From NCBI GenBank assembly GCA_011109175.1, contig RDEW01000020.1, forward strand, positions 428,514 through 492,513: a stretch of 64,000 nucleotides of DNA. The letters are read 5' to 3'. The DNA comes from Dicyema japonicum (lineage: Eukaryota; Animalia; Dicyemida). The notes under the pieces are model-generated. The model ran no database searches. It was given only the letters and a program-made list of their open reading frames with translations, and was not told where the DNA came from. Both the position numbers and the translations under genes were made by a program. Positions within the stretch are counted from its first letter, which is position 1. Every line of letters begins with the position of its first letter. Positions 23,179 through 35,839 of this stretch are shown here, piece after piece.

Positions 23179-26100
23179 ATGTCATGTGGCTCGCCGACTG
23201 AGGAACAAATTAAATCTCAAAAAAGTTATGGAACATCTCGGTAACGAACAACAAAAATGCTTCAGAAATGAGAAACAAATTAAATCTCAAAAAATTTATG
23301 AAACATCTCGGTAACGAACAACAAAAATTCTTGAAAATGGTGCGATCTTCTGGTAACCATCTTGAAGATGAGTTTCTTGCCTACCAGAAGTATGCTCGCA
23401 AATTTGAGATCAAACCTTCCCCCTTTTGGACGATCATAAAACATTGCAGTCAAAGTCGAAATAAAGAAGGACGCACTGACACCGGGATCACTTTTTAGAC
23501 GATAACTTTTTCCTTTTTCCTGTGTTCCCGGGGTTATAATAATAATGTGGCTCGCCGACGACGTCGTGGCATTTAGAAGAAAAGAACCACACTTCCCCTA
23601 TCTTCACGGGTGAACCAATAAGGAAGGCCTCCGCCGCTGCGGAGACGTTGAGGCAAATCCTGGACCAGCCAGAATAGTCCAACTCAACATAAATGGAATC
23701 AAGAACAAGATACTCGAACTAAGGACATTTGTGAAAGAAAATCACATCGATCTGTTGCTAATTAAAGAGTCTAAACTTTCTCCAAAGATTTCAACACCAG
23801 TATTTCGAGATTCATAGTAATTCGCCGTGACAGAATTGGCAAACTTGGTGGGGGCCTTCTCACAGTTATTTGCAACGGCTTTCCGTTTGAGGATTTAACT
23901 AGCAGTGCCTACAGTATGCTTAAAGGATATGGAAATCTCGAACTTTTGGTTACCAAAATACGATTCCCAAGACTATGAATAATTCTTGTCAACGTATATC
24001 TCCCACCGTTGAGTTCCTGCTCGTCCAGTGCTTTCAGACTCACTCCTCTCGCATCACTGAAGGATGTGATTATCTGTGGTGACTTCAATGCGAAGCACCC
24101 ACTGTGGCTGACAGGACAAACCTACGACAAAAAAGGGAAGATGATGATTGAGGACCTCCACAGCCTATGTATACTCAACGATCCTGCATCCCATACAAGA
24201 ACACCTACTCGACGTAACGATAAACCTTTTTTATCGGCATCTCACTGTCATCACCGCCCTTGGCCCCTCTTATTGGTCAGTGAAATGTGACTGGTCAGTG
24301 AAATATGACACCAGGAGTGACCACAATCCAATATTTTTGGAGGTCACGGATAAAAGGACAATGTACAAGGATGACTAATTACAGTCTTGCGAATTGGAGA
24401 GGATTCAAAGATTACGTCGATAATTGCATTGGACTATTAAATTTCCCCACTCCTCCCACCGTCGAACAATTAGTGAAATGGTTCAACTCCACCCTAAACG
24501 CTGAGAAAAAGAAGTACATTCCTATGGGGTGACAACCTACGTCATCTAAACGTTTCAACACAACGACGTAACATCTGATCAGAGAACGAAATAATCTAAA
24601 GATGGTAAAATCACCGACAGAAGAGAACATCAGGAAAATACGAGAATTGAACAGAGAGATTGACAACAACATAAAGACAGAAAATGCAAATAGATGGACG
24701 AGACTATCAAATGCTTTCTGCAAAAACCCCCAATGCAGAGAGTGTGAAGTGGAGTGGATCAAAACATCAAAAGATCCTCCCCAGAGAGAAAAGTCAGTCT
24801 ACATAAAACCAGACACTCTGATAAAATATTACACTATATCTCCTACAGAAGTTTTCAAGAGAACATCAAGTATTCCTGAAAAAGATTAAACCGAAACGTC
24901 CGATGACTGGTTCCTATTTACTAGTCAGGATGTTCGCAGAGCCATATCCAAAGCCAACAACTCAGAGGCCAAAGGACCAGACAACATAACCACATGTGAA
25001 CTAAAGCACCTAGGCCATCGAGCCCTGGAACTATTATCTTCAACCTATCTATTAACACAAATACAATCCCTGAAATATGGAAGAAGTCCCTAATCAGACC
25101 TATCCGAAAACCCAACAAACCAATAGATGAACCATCTTCCTACCGTCCAATATCTATTCTAAGTGCGGTCTCAAGGATCCTTGAAAGGCATGTTTTGGAT
25201 AAAATAAAGACTCAATACCTCCGACCCAGCACGGATTCCAGAATAACCATTCGACACAACACACCTTACAACCATCACACAATTCATTGCGGAAGGATTT
25301 ACTCCCCAAACCAGAGGACAGTACTTATATATCCGTGGACATTACAAAAGACTCAGTCCTAGAAAATGAAAAAATCCATGAAACCTGAAACTTTGGCTTG
25401 GAAACTTCTTAAATGGAAGACGAGCACAAGTACTCTGCAACAACATCAAATCAAGATCTCGCTATTTCACAAATGGAGTCCCTCAAGGCTCCCCACCATC
25501 ACCCAACTCTTCAATCTCTACATAAACGACATGCCACAAACCTGTAATGAAAACTATCTAATTCTCCTATGCCGACGATATCATTCTTGCCTTCAAGGAC
25601 AGAAGTATTTAATCAGCAACTCAGTCCGCTCAACAAATGCTTGACAAGCTGGAACTATAGCTCTCAAAGCGGAGAATCGACACATCAACAACAAAGTCCT
25701 CTGTCACGCTGTTTACCACTTACAAAAGACAGCTCTGTATCGAACAAAAAATCTATATGAAGAACGAGGCTATCCTGTTATCAAAACACAGAGGATTCTG
25801 GAGTCACTTATATCTGACATGTTAAGAACAAAGAAACTTCTACTCTGAAGAAAATGAGAATTTTAAAAGTGCTCTCAAAAACACTTAGAGACCAAACTGG
25901 TAACGATTTATGAACAATTTATCCGACCCACAATGACGTTTACAAGTCCTTCGTGGGCAATGCAGATTTCACGATCCTCCTCATTGAAACTATCCACACT
26001 CGAAGAGACGGCAATAAGGTTAATTGGACCAAAGCACAAAATCCAGCCCATTGAAAATTTCTTAATCGAATTACAACGGAAACTCTTAAAGGAGGCTAGT

Positions 26101-26450
26101 TTACCGAGCTTCTTTCTATTCCATACACTATCGAAATATCTACATTCATACAGAAAATTTGAGCCGATGCCATGTCCAATGAGAAGAGCTGTTCAGGATT
26201 CTCAAACCCGCCGGACTCGTCCTCCCCCTTGTCGGTCTTATTATTGAGGTATACCATTCAGGCATAAAGAGTCTGGATGGGGAAAAGCAAATGGTTCTTT
26301 TTGGTGTATTATTACACTGAGCGCCACCACAAAAGGTGAACCACATGACACCACGAGACAAACTCATCCGGTCTTGGATCACTTAGTTAGTTGAAAACTT
26401 TTATTTCTTTCTCTGACCCAGTGATCTTGGGGGTAATAATAATTAAATAA
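23179..26450 (+). mobile_element. Full-length degenerate single-ORF APE-RT LINE with 2A-like leader (Ingi/Vingi-like organisation)
   Basis: GDVEANPGP at 23641-23667, then VQLNINGIKNK, GGGL, CGDFNAKHPLW, SDHNPI, GVPQG and YADDI. Ends RSWIT* with hairpin and (TAA)n-like tail. Confidence 0.92.
23199..23544 (+). mobile_element. 5'-truncated LINE 3' end inserted into the 5' tip of another LINE
   Basis: 15-bp TSD ATGTGGCTCGCCGAC at 23184-23198 and 23545-23559; ends TGITF* with hairpin and ataataata; internal duplication of about 70 bp at its 5' end. Confidence 0.88.
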
Positions 26451-29026
26451 ATTGGAAATTAAATAACATTTGTTAAAATTCAAAATTCCACGTTTAATTG
26501 TCTTTGTTGTTAGGCATATGATGATTTGTAAGCAAGCCAGTCATGATTCTGACAATTTGATGATTTGCTTCCTGATGCCACTCAATCGTAGTAGATGTCA
26601 TCCATATTCTAGTATCCTTTAAGTATGACTCACCTTTTATTTTATATTGCATCCTTACTCAATTGGTGTGCATAGTACCCACATTTTAAAGAATATCTCG
26701 ATTTGGTGCCTTAACATAATTCAGTCTGGAAATATTGGATCTTAATTTCCTTTCCTTAATTCGCTCACGACTTCTTTTATAATTAAATTTTGTTAAAAGA
26801 TCAAGGATCGATTAGTTAAGGTAAAAACTCCGTGGACGGACATCTTGAACTATTGTCCGTTATGGGCTTCTAGTTTTTAGTTGTTTGACAATGATGTCGT
26901 AGTGGTTGCCTTTGTTTTAGTTTGGGTAGAAGTGATTGAAGAGTCATAGATTGGGGATTATGGCATGTGATTCTGTGGTGGTTACTGGATTGAGAATATG
27001 TCCCTTAACCACAATCCACTTGCTTAGGCCAAAAGTATGTGAAATTGTCTATGGTAATTACATTATTCCATCGCTGCTGTCCCAGGTCAACCATGACTCT
27101 CATTATGTTTGGCTGAATAATCGTTAATTACTATTCTTTATTCGATTTTTAGTCATTGAGGATTTGTTTGGGGAGCTATAAGTCGTAGATGAGAGAATGT
27201 AACATTTCTTTTATGGCCCAAGTGGCGGTTTGATAATATGTATTTCCGGGGGAATTACAATATGATCCACAGGATAGCAGTTTTCGCAAAAGACATCTTT
27301 TTGATATCACGTTGACACTCATTACTCTGCCTTTTCATGACACTCATTCTTGGAAGTAAACCAACCAATGTACGGATAATGTTGGTTTTAATATTCGGAA
27401 GTTTATATTCTGTCATGTCCTCTAGAGAATTCCGTTACGTGCAATAGTTAGTAAACCTCCACCAAGTTTTCAAAAATGTCTACACTACCAAGGGGGATTT
27501 AAGTGTTAGGTTTCCATATGATGTCTTTTGCGATTTCTCTCTATTCAAAGATCTTGTTCTTGACTTCATTGATATTAGATGGGCAATTGTCAATGACCCC
27601 GGTTTATATTCACCATCCCCACTTGCTGGTCCATTTGATTTAGAGGATATAGAAATTGCGACTCTTTCCAACCAAGTGATTTATAATTTGCATCCATCTT
27701 TTCACACATCTTTGCAAAAAGTTTAGACTTTAAAAAACTGTGTGAATAATCTTATCTAAAGATATCCCGCCATGCTGCTATGAAAAAAATTCTGATGCGT
27801 GCTCTTGAAGCTGCAGCCTTCCCGGCAGTACTGGAGCCCGTGGGATTGAATCACGGAGACAGGAAAAGACCGGATAGGTTAACTTTCCGTTCATTGAGGG
27901 AAAATCGGGAAAATCGCTCGTTAAATAGCTTAACTGTTTTTTACTTTAATAAACTAAATGGTTATCGGCGACATAAGAAAAATGGTTAACGGCGACATCC
28001 CAAAATATGCCAGAGAATTGCTCTTCTCTGCAAGGCTACTTGCTTTCAAAAAACCCAACGGAGGAATCCGCCCCATTGCGGTCGGGAACTATTTTAGAAG
28101 ACTTGCAGCAAAAGTAGCATCGACCATGGTGAGCAGACAACTCAGAGAGGAGTTCTTTCCTAAACAAATGGGTGTTAGTATCCAGAACGGATGTGAGGTT
28201 GCGGTTCATGCAGCAAGGCGTTTCTTCACACAGAAAAATATTTCAAATGAATGCATTGGAATCAAGTTGGACATAACGAATGCCTTTAATTCTCTCAGAA
28301 GAGACGAAATTATGAAAACGTGTTGGAAGAGGGCTCCAAAGCTTTTCCCTCTTGTCAATCTATCCTATGGGGAAGATACGTCTTTGGTTTTTGAAAATGA
28401 AATTATTAAATCAAAAACGGGTGTACAACAAGGAGATCCGCTCGGACCTCTATTATTTGCCTTGACCATTGATGAGGTTGTGAGCTCAATTGATGCTCAG
28501 CTAAATCTCTGGTACCTCGATGATGCCACAATTGGAGGATTGTTCAAAGAAACATACAATTCATTACGTAAAGCGTTACCCGCTTTAAAACATTTGGGCT
28601 TGGACATCAATGTTAACAAATCAGAGCTAATAAATGTCTCATATCCATACACCGACTTCCTCTCTATCAAGGAGTCTTTTGAAGAACTGCTTCCTGGCCA
28701 GTTGATAAATTATATTTCCTCGGATGCCCACTCAGCGAAGAAGAACTCAAGAACCATCTACTTTCCAAAAATGAAGAATTAACACGCCTTGCGAAAAGAT
28801 TGTCATGTTTCGACTCTCACACATCTTTCTTTCTAATGAGAAACAACATCGGACTACCCAAGCTTTTATATCTACTCCGATGTTCACCCTGCTACGAACA
28901 ATATGACATTCTACTTTCAATGGACAAGTCTCTCAAGCAAACAGTCGAGTCAATAATTAACGTCCGCTTTGACGAACTTGGTTGGAAACAATGCAAGCTT
29001 CCCTCTGGATTTGGGGGTGTCGGAAT
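25720..29026 (+). repeat. Segmental duplication, copy 2 (probable source copy)
   Basis: Both flanking elements (LINE on the left, CRE-like on the right) continue beyond the duplicated limits here but not in copy 1. Confidence 0.95.
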
Positions 29027-30060
29027 GAGATCGGCGCAGGAGGTTGCGTACCCGACATACCTATCATCTCTCTCAAGCTGCAGTCATTTGACACGGCAAG
29101 TCATTCATAACACAATTTTTGTTAGGATACCATTGATGTTAATTTGTAATATGACTAGATATGATCCAGGATTTTCCTCGACATCTCCACAGGAAAGGAG
29201 TAGGATTCAACACCATCCGCGCGTCCATGGTTCCGAGATAAGGAGTTTGTGACTATTTTCCAACACTTCTAGTGAGCGATGCCACCACGTAGGCGAGTCA
29301 CACGGCATGAAATTCATTTTTCATATATAAATATTATATATGCCAAGTTAAAACAATTTTGGATTTGGAAATTTGTGCTCGCGACTTGTTGAGTGTAGAA
29401 TAATCAAATAGAAAAAATCAGATAATGCAGAAAACTACAAAAAATGCAACAAAGACTAGACGTTTGCCAGGAGCACCGATGCCGATGCGGGAAAACAGTC
29501 GATGTGAAAGGATTGCACCCGCTGTCCTGCAGAAGAAGCGCCGGAAGGAAACCACGTCATGCTGCTCTGAAGGCTTCAGGCTTCCCAGCACAGCTTGAAC
29601 CAGTGGGTCTTGATCGAGGAGATAGGAAGAGACCTGACGGGATGACCCTTTTCCCCTTCACGTCTGGAAGATCTTTGGTCTGGGACGCAACTTGCATAGA
29701 CACGTTCTCAAGCACGAACATTTTTAAATCGGTTCAGACACCTGGAGCAGCTGCTTCGACCGCAGAAAACCTAAAAATCAAGAAATATTCTTGCCTCGGG
29801 GATCGCTACCGATTTACTCCTGTTGCGACCGAATCATCGGGAGCCGTTGGTCCAATGACGGCTGAATTCTTGCAAGAACTCGGAGGATTGCTTGCCAGAA
29901 AGAAAAGGGATCAACGAGAAGGGCTATGGCTAAGACAAAAGATTGGAATAGCCATACTCCGAGGGAACTCGTTCGCAATCCACGCAGCAGGCTTCCTCAA
30001 CTGATATTTGTTTAATTGTTAAAAAAAATTTAATGTAAAATAAATACAAAATAAATTGAT
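27770..30060 (+). mobile_element. CRE-like non-LTR retrotransposon (RT + zinc knuckle + RLE), interrupted
   Basis: 274-aa RT ORF; LPSGFGGVGMRS; CRCG...HPLSC; KRPDGMTLFP..GRSLVWDATC; IAILRGNS; A-rich tail after 30004. Confidence 0.92.
29113..29453. repeat. About 340-bp copy of 13734-14069 (LINE 5' end with 2A) patched into the CRE-like element
   Basis: Direct near-identity with 13734-14069; no TSD or tail. Confidence 0.92.
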
Positions 30061-30369
30061 TTAAAAAAAATAAAAATAAACTAAATACGTGATATTAATT
30101 AACTATTGGATATTAATGGATATTTAAAAGCAGTGACGAGTGAATATTTCAGATTATAAGCATTTGTATGCTTAAAACCAATAGTTGAAGAGACTGTAAT
30201 AGAATCGTGGGCTATATCATGCATATTCTCATCGGAATCTAAAAACAAGGAAAAAAAGCAGTGAAATATTATTTTCAAAACAATTAAGTTCATTCCCACA
30301 GGAAGAAGAGAGACAACGGTTCTAATCCATCATTCATTCCATGCGACAGAGGTAACTTATCACCTCAAC

Positions 30370-31030
30370 CTTACTATTATTATCACCCAAGACCAACTGA
30401 GCACTTATTATTATTACCCCGAGAACATCAATAGTTAATTTAATTACTAAATTAATTAAGTGATCGCGAAGGCCTCAATCAGATTTCTCATTTCCTCGTG
30501 CGCCTTCTGGGATCCAACGCAACTTCTCTGTTGGCGGGGTGGTTTCGGGAATAGAAATTGGAGAGGGGTGATGTGTACCCCTCATAAGAAACATCGTGGC
30601 TGTGATGTTTACATGATCGAAAAACAGAGTATCCGGCCTTCTCAACGTGCGAAGGTGCCTCTTGTTGTCACGTAAGTCGAGTGAGCAGATGACTTATATG
30701 ACAATCACGTCTCACAAAATTTGATCTCCGTGCTTTAACTTGCCAGCAACTCGATGACATTTTTTTCAACGAAAATACTTATAAAAAGTGTATGTTTTCT
30801 AAGTGATTAATTTCATTTTTGACATTGATTGACATTGAAGAATCATGTCTGCTGCTTGATCGTGCCCGGAACTAGCGACTATAATGCAAATCCTTCATAG
30901 TCACTTCTAGCTTCGCATGGCAGAGTCAACGGCAGGACAGTCTGGGTTTGTTATTGGTATTATCAGATAAAATGTATCAACACAAGAGACATCCCATAAA
31001 GATTACCTCCTTCCATCTACAAACTTAAAA
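30370..31030 (-). mobile_element. Stacked LINE 3' fragments and a CRE-like RLE fragment
   Basis: ...FAIT* followed by (TAA)n tails at 30370-30480; WDVSCVDTF motif at about 30975-31000. Confidence 0.55.
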
Positions 31031-31641
31031 CTGTTAGTATCTACCAATATTGGATCTCACTAACCTTCCCAGTTTTACATCCATCCATCATAAGAACACA
31101 ACTGACTATTGACCTTGTACCTCCCAAAATGGAGATACCATAATGTTGGAGGATAGCAATAATTGAAAATGGTGTGTGATTGATGTGTCATTGAAAAATC
31201 ACTCTGAACCAACTCAAAGACTGTTTGATTGTGACTACCTTTACTATTTCGGTACTCAATTCAGATGATCGACAGAAGCTACAGCCATATAAAAGCAGTG
31301 CAAGTAATAATTATGTAGAAAATTGATAATTAAGGGTCAAACAACAATAAACTACTTATGATTATAATTGCCCACACATATAATTTATGGCCATCTTTCA
31401 AAACATCAACCAATAATACGGGGTTTACCGATGTAAATGAGACATGCGTCGAACAAAATGAGACATACACCAATCTAAAATAGACGTACTCAGTTTTATT
31501 GTAATTTAACATAATTTAATTATAAGCGGCCTCGATTAATCGTTCTATTAAATTAAATTTAATTAATACTAATTTTAATTTTTAATTAAAAACAATAAAA
31601 TTTTTCACATAAAAATAAAATAAAAAATCACCACAAAATTA

Positions 31642-33422
31642 ATGTCGAATCTGAATATTTTTAGTTCCCACAAAACTAACATTTTTAGTTCACAGAGGAA
31701 AGAACTTATCTTTGGGAGATAAAAAACAAGGTTTGGAGCCAAAACTAAATTAAGACGAGGAAATTACCCGAGAGTTCACGTGCGCAGTCTCGTTGGGCTC
31801 AAAGGTACACAAAAGCGCCGTGAAGGAAGACTGTGATGGAAATCCCCTCTGGAATGAATTCATGGCGCTGTATTTCGTAGAATTGGAATTTTAGGTCAAT
31901 CGATGATGATTCGAAGGATTGTTTCAAAGTCGCGATCGCAGAAAACGGGAAAAGGTTCGCCAGTCTGAGTTTACCCATCAAAAACGTCGGATTTGATGAG
32001 CCGGGTTACTTCGAGAACGAACAATTGGTCCCCGATAAAAAGTACCCGGCCGCCAGTGGAATGATTATGATTAAATATTGGATCGACCATGAAAAAAACG
32101 TTGATTCTTCCAATATTGAAAAACCCAGGTTTAGTCGAGGCTCAATCCTGAAAAAGAAGTCCTTCAAGAACAAGGTTGAGGATTTGCTGAGAATTAGTCG
32201 TTGGAGAAGACCAAATTAAGTGTGGATAAAAGCAAACCCCCAGTTGTGACCCTGATTGATCCGGCGGTCATTCCTTCCAACAAATCAGTCACCATAAGCA
32301 TTATTGGACGGTATTTAGGAGCATCCTCGACTGACGTTACTTCCGTGGACGTTTTTGGACATTCCTGCTTGGGGTCACTCGTATATGAGAGTCCGTACAA
32401 GATTATGGTTCAGACTCCACCGACTCTAGTATTCTTGGCGTTGATTTAGGAGGAGGATCAAGTAGAAGGGGACATCATAGTCACCACAGAATCAGGCGGA
32501 CAGGGGACATGTATTCCGCGTTTGAGGATTCAATCGAGCCAATCCAGTTGGGAGTCCTCTCTTGCTTCCGAGGCTGTTGTGAAGTGGAGGTCCGCCTCCC
32601 TCAGACATAAGGAATCCAAGGTTTCATATTCAGAATTATTTAAGTCAGATTGTAAGTGCTTCAAACACATGCTCACTAAAACTCTTAGAGGAAGTATTCT
32701 GCGAGGACCAAGTAGTGCTCCTTGTTATGAGTAGACTCAACCTGAAGACTTCATCAATGACTCTCGTTTACAAGCCGAATCCTTTGAACAAGAAGATAAT
32801 TTTTATGGTGTGTCGCTAAAAGTACTATATTTCGACAATATGCTAGCAAAAGCAAAATTTCACGGAGAGAGGCGATTATCTGGAGAACATGGAGAGATCT
32901 CTTTCCCTGTGTCTACTAAAGTATTTTACATAATTTCCTAGGCAAAGAAGGCTGAGGCCTATTACAATGAAAACACGGAAAATAGTTTTTTCCGTGCATC
33001 AGTCAAAGTACTATATTTTAGAAATTTTCAGAAAAAACAGAATTCGCTGGCCGATTACTACCAAAATTGGCAAAGGAATATGGTTTGCGAGACTATAAAG
33101 GTAAATATAATGTAATATCCCAGGAAGAGCAAACCTACATGGAGGACAATGACAGAAAAACTAACCCCGCACTTAAAGTATTGTAATTAGAAAATGCAGG
33201 AGACGCAAACAGAAAGCGATCCAATCACCGAAAATAATCTTAAAACACTACGGTCCCAGGTCGCCGAGTTAGAAGAGAAAAATAAAGGTCACTGTTAACT
33301 TCACCGTAGAATTGACGGCTGAAAGCCGGGATCTCCGCGACTACTTGAATGGTCTGGAGTCACATTACAACAAATTAATGGAAATTATAAGCCGAGAAAA
33401 CAAAAATTTTAATATTTATTAA
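31642..33422 (+). CDS. C2 domain + Sec5/EXOC2-like IPT/TIG domain + repeat region + C-terminal coiled coil (Rab11-FIP-like); many tiny introns
   Basis: Spliced product MSNLNIFIHRGKNL...GNPLWNEF (C2); PPVVTLIDP...ISIIGRYLG...GHSCL...GDIIVTTESGGQGT (Sec5 N-terminal IPT signature); ELEEKNKELTAESRDLRDYLNGL (coiled coil). Splicing at 32620-32930 is not fully resolvable. Confidence 0.8.
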
Positions 33423-33437
33423 CCATGATAATAAAGT

Positions 33438-33794
33438 TTAAACCATTTGATCTGGGTCACGTGACTTAAGTCTTGTATTTCTGGCCGCCTTCATGTATGT
33501 CCTCGGGTTGATAGGGAGGTAACCGCTCAAGCCTAAAATGGAAGATATCATGCTACCAATCAGTTCTGAGAGCCTCTCACTGATTGAGGCGCCTTCTGCT
33601 AGCCAATAGTTGAAGCGATTTAGGTTGAGTCCCATGACGACTTGGTTTAGCTGATTTGGGAGTGGATCGTAGTAACCCAGTCTTTCGACTTCATCTGGCT
33701 TTGAAGATTTGTCTTTGGCGCTTACAACGTTTATTTGATAAAATGGACGATTCGCACAACCACGAAGAACTAGACGGACTGCATACTTTGACAT
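33438..33794 (-). CDS. MRPS16: Mitochondrial ribosomal protein S16 (bS16m)
   Basis: RLVLRGCANRPFYQI, ERLGYYDPLPN and YWLAEGASIS. Removing the in-frame 24-nt GT-AG intron 33533-33556 gives LIGLSGYLPINP. Confidence 0.93.
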   Translation of the reverse strand: MSKYAVRLVLRGCANRPFYQINVVSAKDKSSKPDEVERLGYYDPLPNQLNQVVMGLNLNRFNYWLAEGASISERLSELIGSMISSILGLSGYLPINPRTYMKAARNTRLKSRDPDQMV

Positions 33795-33829
33795 ATTTTA
33801 TTTTTTATTTAAATATTTTATTTTTTATT

Positions 33830-35010
33830 TCTTCTAAAAGGAATAACTTTGTTTTCCTTCAGATCAACCGTCCGTCTTCCCAGTCTCTTGTCTAAGTAAA
33901 TAGAGGTGTTACGGACTTTTCACTGCTGGAAGCTAAGCGATTTGTCGAGAACCATTCGTCAAGACGGTCCAGATTTTCTTGCAATCTCGAAGTGGCGATC
34001 TGGGTGTCCTGATCACGTGATGCAATTATAATGTCGTCAGCATAAGTCAGCAATAATATAATTTTCGATGTCCGGTGTGGGGAGGTCCGCCATTAATAGA
34101 TTTAATAATACTGGAGACAAATGGGATCTTTGGGGAACACCACTAGAGAGATCTTGACTGACCAATGCAGACGCGTCCTCACCGATCACTAAGAAAGTTA
34201 GCTAACCAGAGCTTAAGCTTTACAGGGATCTTTTTTTGGTAAATTTTCCAAGTAAGAATCCTCCTTGACACAGAGTCAAAAGTTTTGTGGACGTCAATGG
34301 AGCAAAGTACAGTCTTCATGTGGCCTGTGCAAGTAATCATATCGTATAAAGTTAGTCAATGCAGATAAGTGGGTCAAAGTAGATTTTAATTTAAATCAAT
34401 TGTTACAAGTGTTTGCGCATGTCTCATTTATAGGGCAACAATAGAAATGTGAAGAAGAGGTTGACATTCTAAATTGTTTCTTTTGCTGGACATGCTGTCG
34501 TGAAAGTGCTTAATAATAATGCATCGGACAGTCAAAATCTATTTCCCGGGTTCTTCCGAATGGTGTTCCCCAGGGATCCCCTTTGTCTCCTTAGTTATTC
34601 ACTCTATTCATCTCCCAACGCCAGAAACCGAAAATAATATTCCTCTTATGCTGACGACATTGTCATAGTTTCACGCGATTGGGACATCCAGGCTTCAACT
34701 TCAAGATTGCAACCTGAATTAAGGAAACAGCGACGTTATCTTCCTTAAAAGATAACAAAAGATTATTGGGGTCATTTTTTACATACCATGCCATTCTCGC
34801 TCCATGTTGAAAATGTGTAAAGAAGACCAACGTGCAGAATTCGAAAGTATTCATAGCCAATACATGAAGCCATGAATTTCCTAATCACGTGCCCGTACGA
34901 CTAGGAGCATCCAGTTATATGGACGATATGTGTTTTTGTTGGTTCGAGGGGCAAGTTGGACCGTCTCAAGATCACGTGAGTAGTTAGTTTATTGTTACCG
35001 TGGTCTTTGG
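33830..35010. mobile_element. Two LINE RT remnants in opposite orientation
   Basis: Minus strand 33830-34340: GVPQ and YADDII. Plus strand 34480-35010: LPNGVPQGSPLSP and YADDI, ending LKIT* with hairpin. Confidence 0.7.
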
Positions 35011-35839
35011 AGTTTTTCATCACGTCATCCCACCGAAATCAAATTGTACTTTTCATGTTTAATTGACGCTAAGCAAGAAACCACACAACCCACGTTATTT
35101 CAAAAGCAATAACCTTTTACGTTTCCGCAAAGAACCAGGAAACCATTTAGGGGAAAGAATGTGAGAATAGTTTTATCAAAAATGGGACAGTGTCATTCAA
35201 TATAATAATATTTTCATTCAAAATGAGAAATTTTCAGTTTCCGTTTAGGTTAGACACGGGTCACTTAAGAAAATTGATCTGAGCCTATGCAGATATATCT
35301 TGTTTCTCTTTGTTGGAGAGATGGTGACATGCTTCGTTTCTCTATTGGATAACAGTTGAGAAAAATGTCTATAAAAAGATACAAGAATATGTTTCACGTC
35401 GAGCTCCTCACATCACGGTAGAGGTATATAAGACCTGTTTGAAGAAGATTCTCTGTGTACCTGGAGAAATATAACGTTTCTATATGATTTCTACAGGAGA
35501 CCAAGATTACCAGGAGCCCCAACGAAAATTATGGAAAATATCGATTAATGTGTCTACCAAGTGATTCAAAATACTGTGGACTCAAGTTCCTTATCCATTT
35601 AAGATTGGCATCCACTTTGTTTTGCATGAGTGACAATATTTGTGTAATTTTAGTCTGACCCCAAAATGATGCGAAAATTCCTTAATTTTGAGGTTTTCCT
35701 CAAAAATCTTCTTAATAAGCTTAATAAAAATGTGAAACAATTACGTTCTAAATTTTTATTTTCCATTTATATCCTGGTTAATTGGGCTGTTTTCGTTGTC
35801 ATGTTAAATAAATAAAAAATGTTGTTTTCTGGATTGTAT

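Noticed and set aside
32201-32530. Calling the gene EXOC2/Sec5
   Set aside because: Only the IPT domain matches; the long helical Sec5 body is absent and a C2 domain precedes it.
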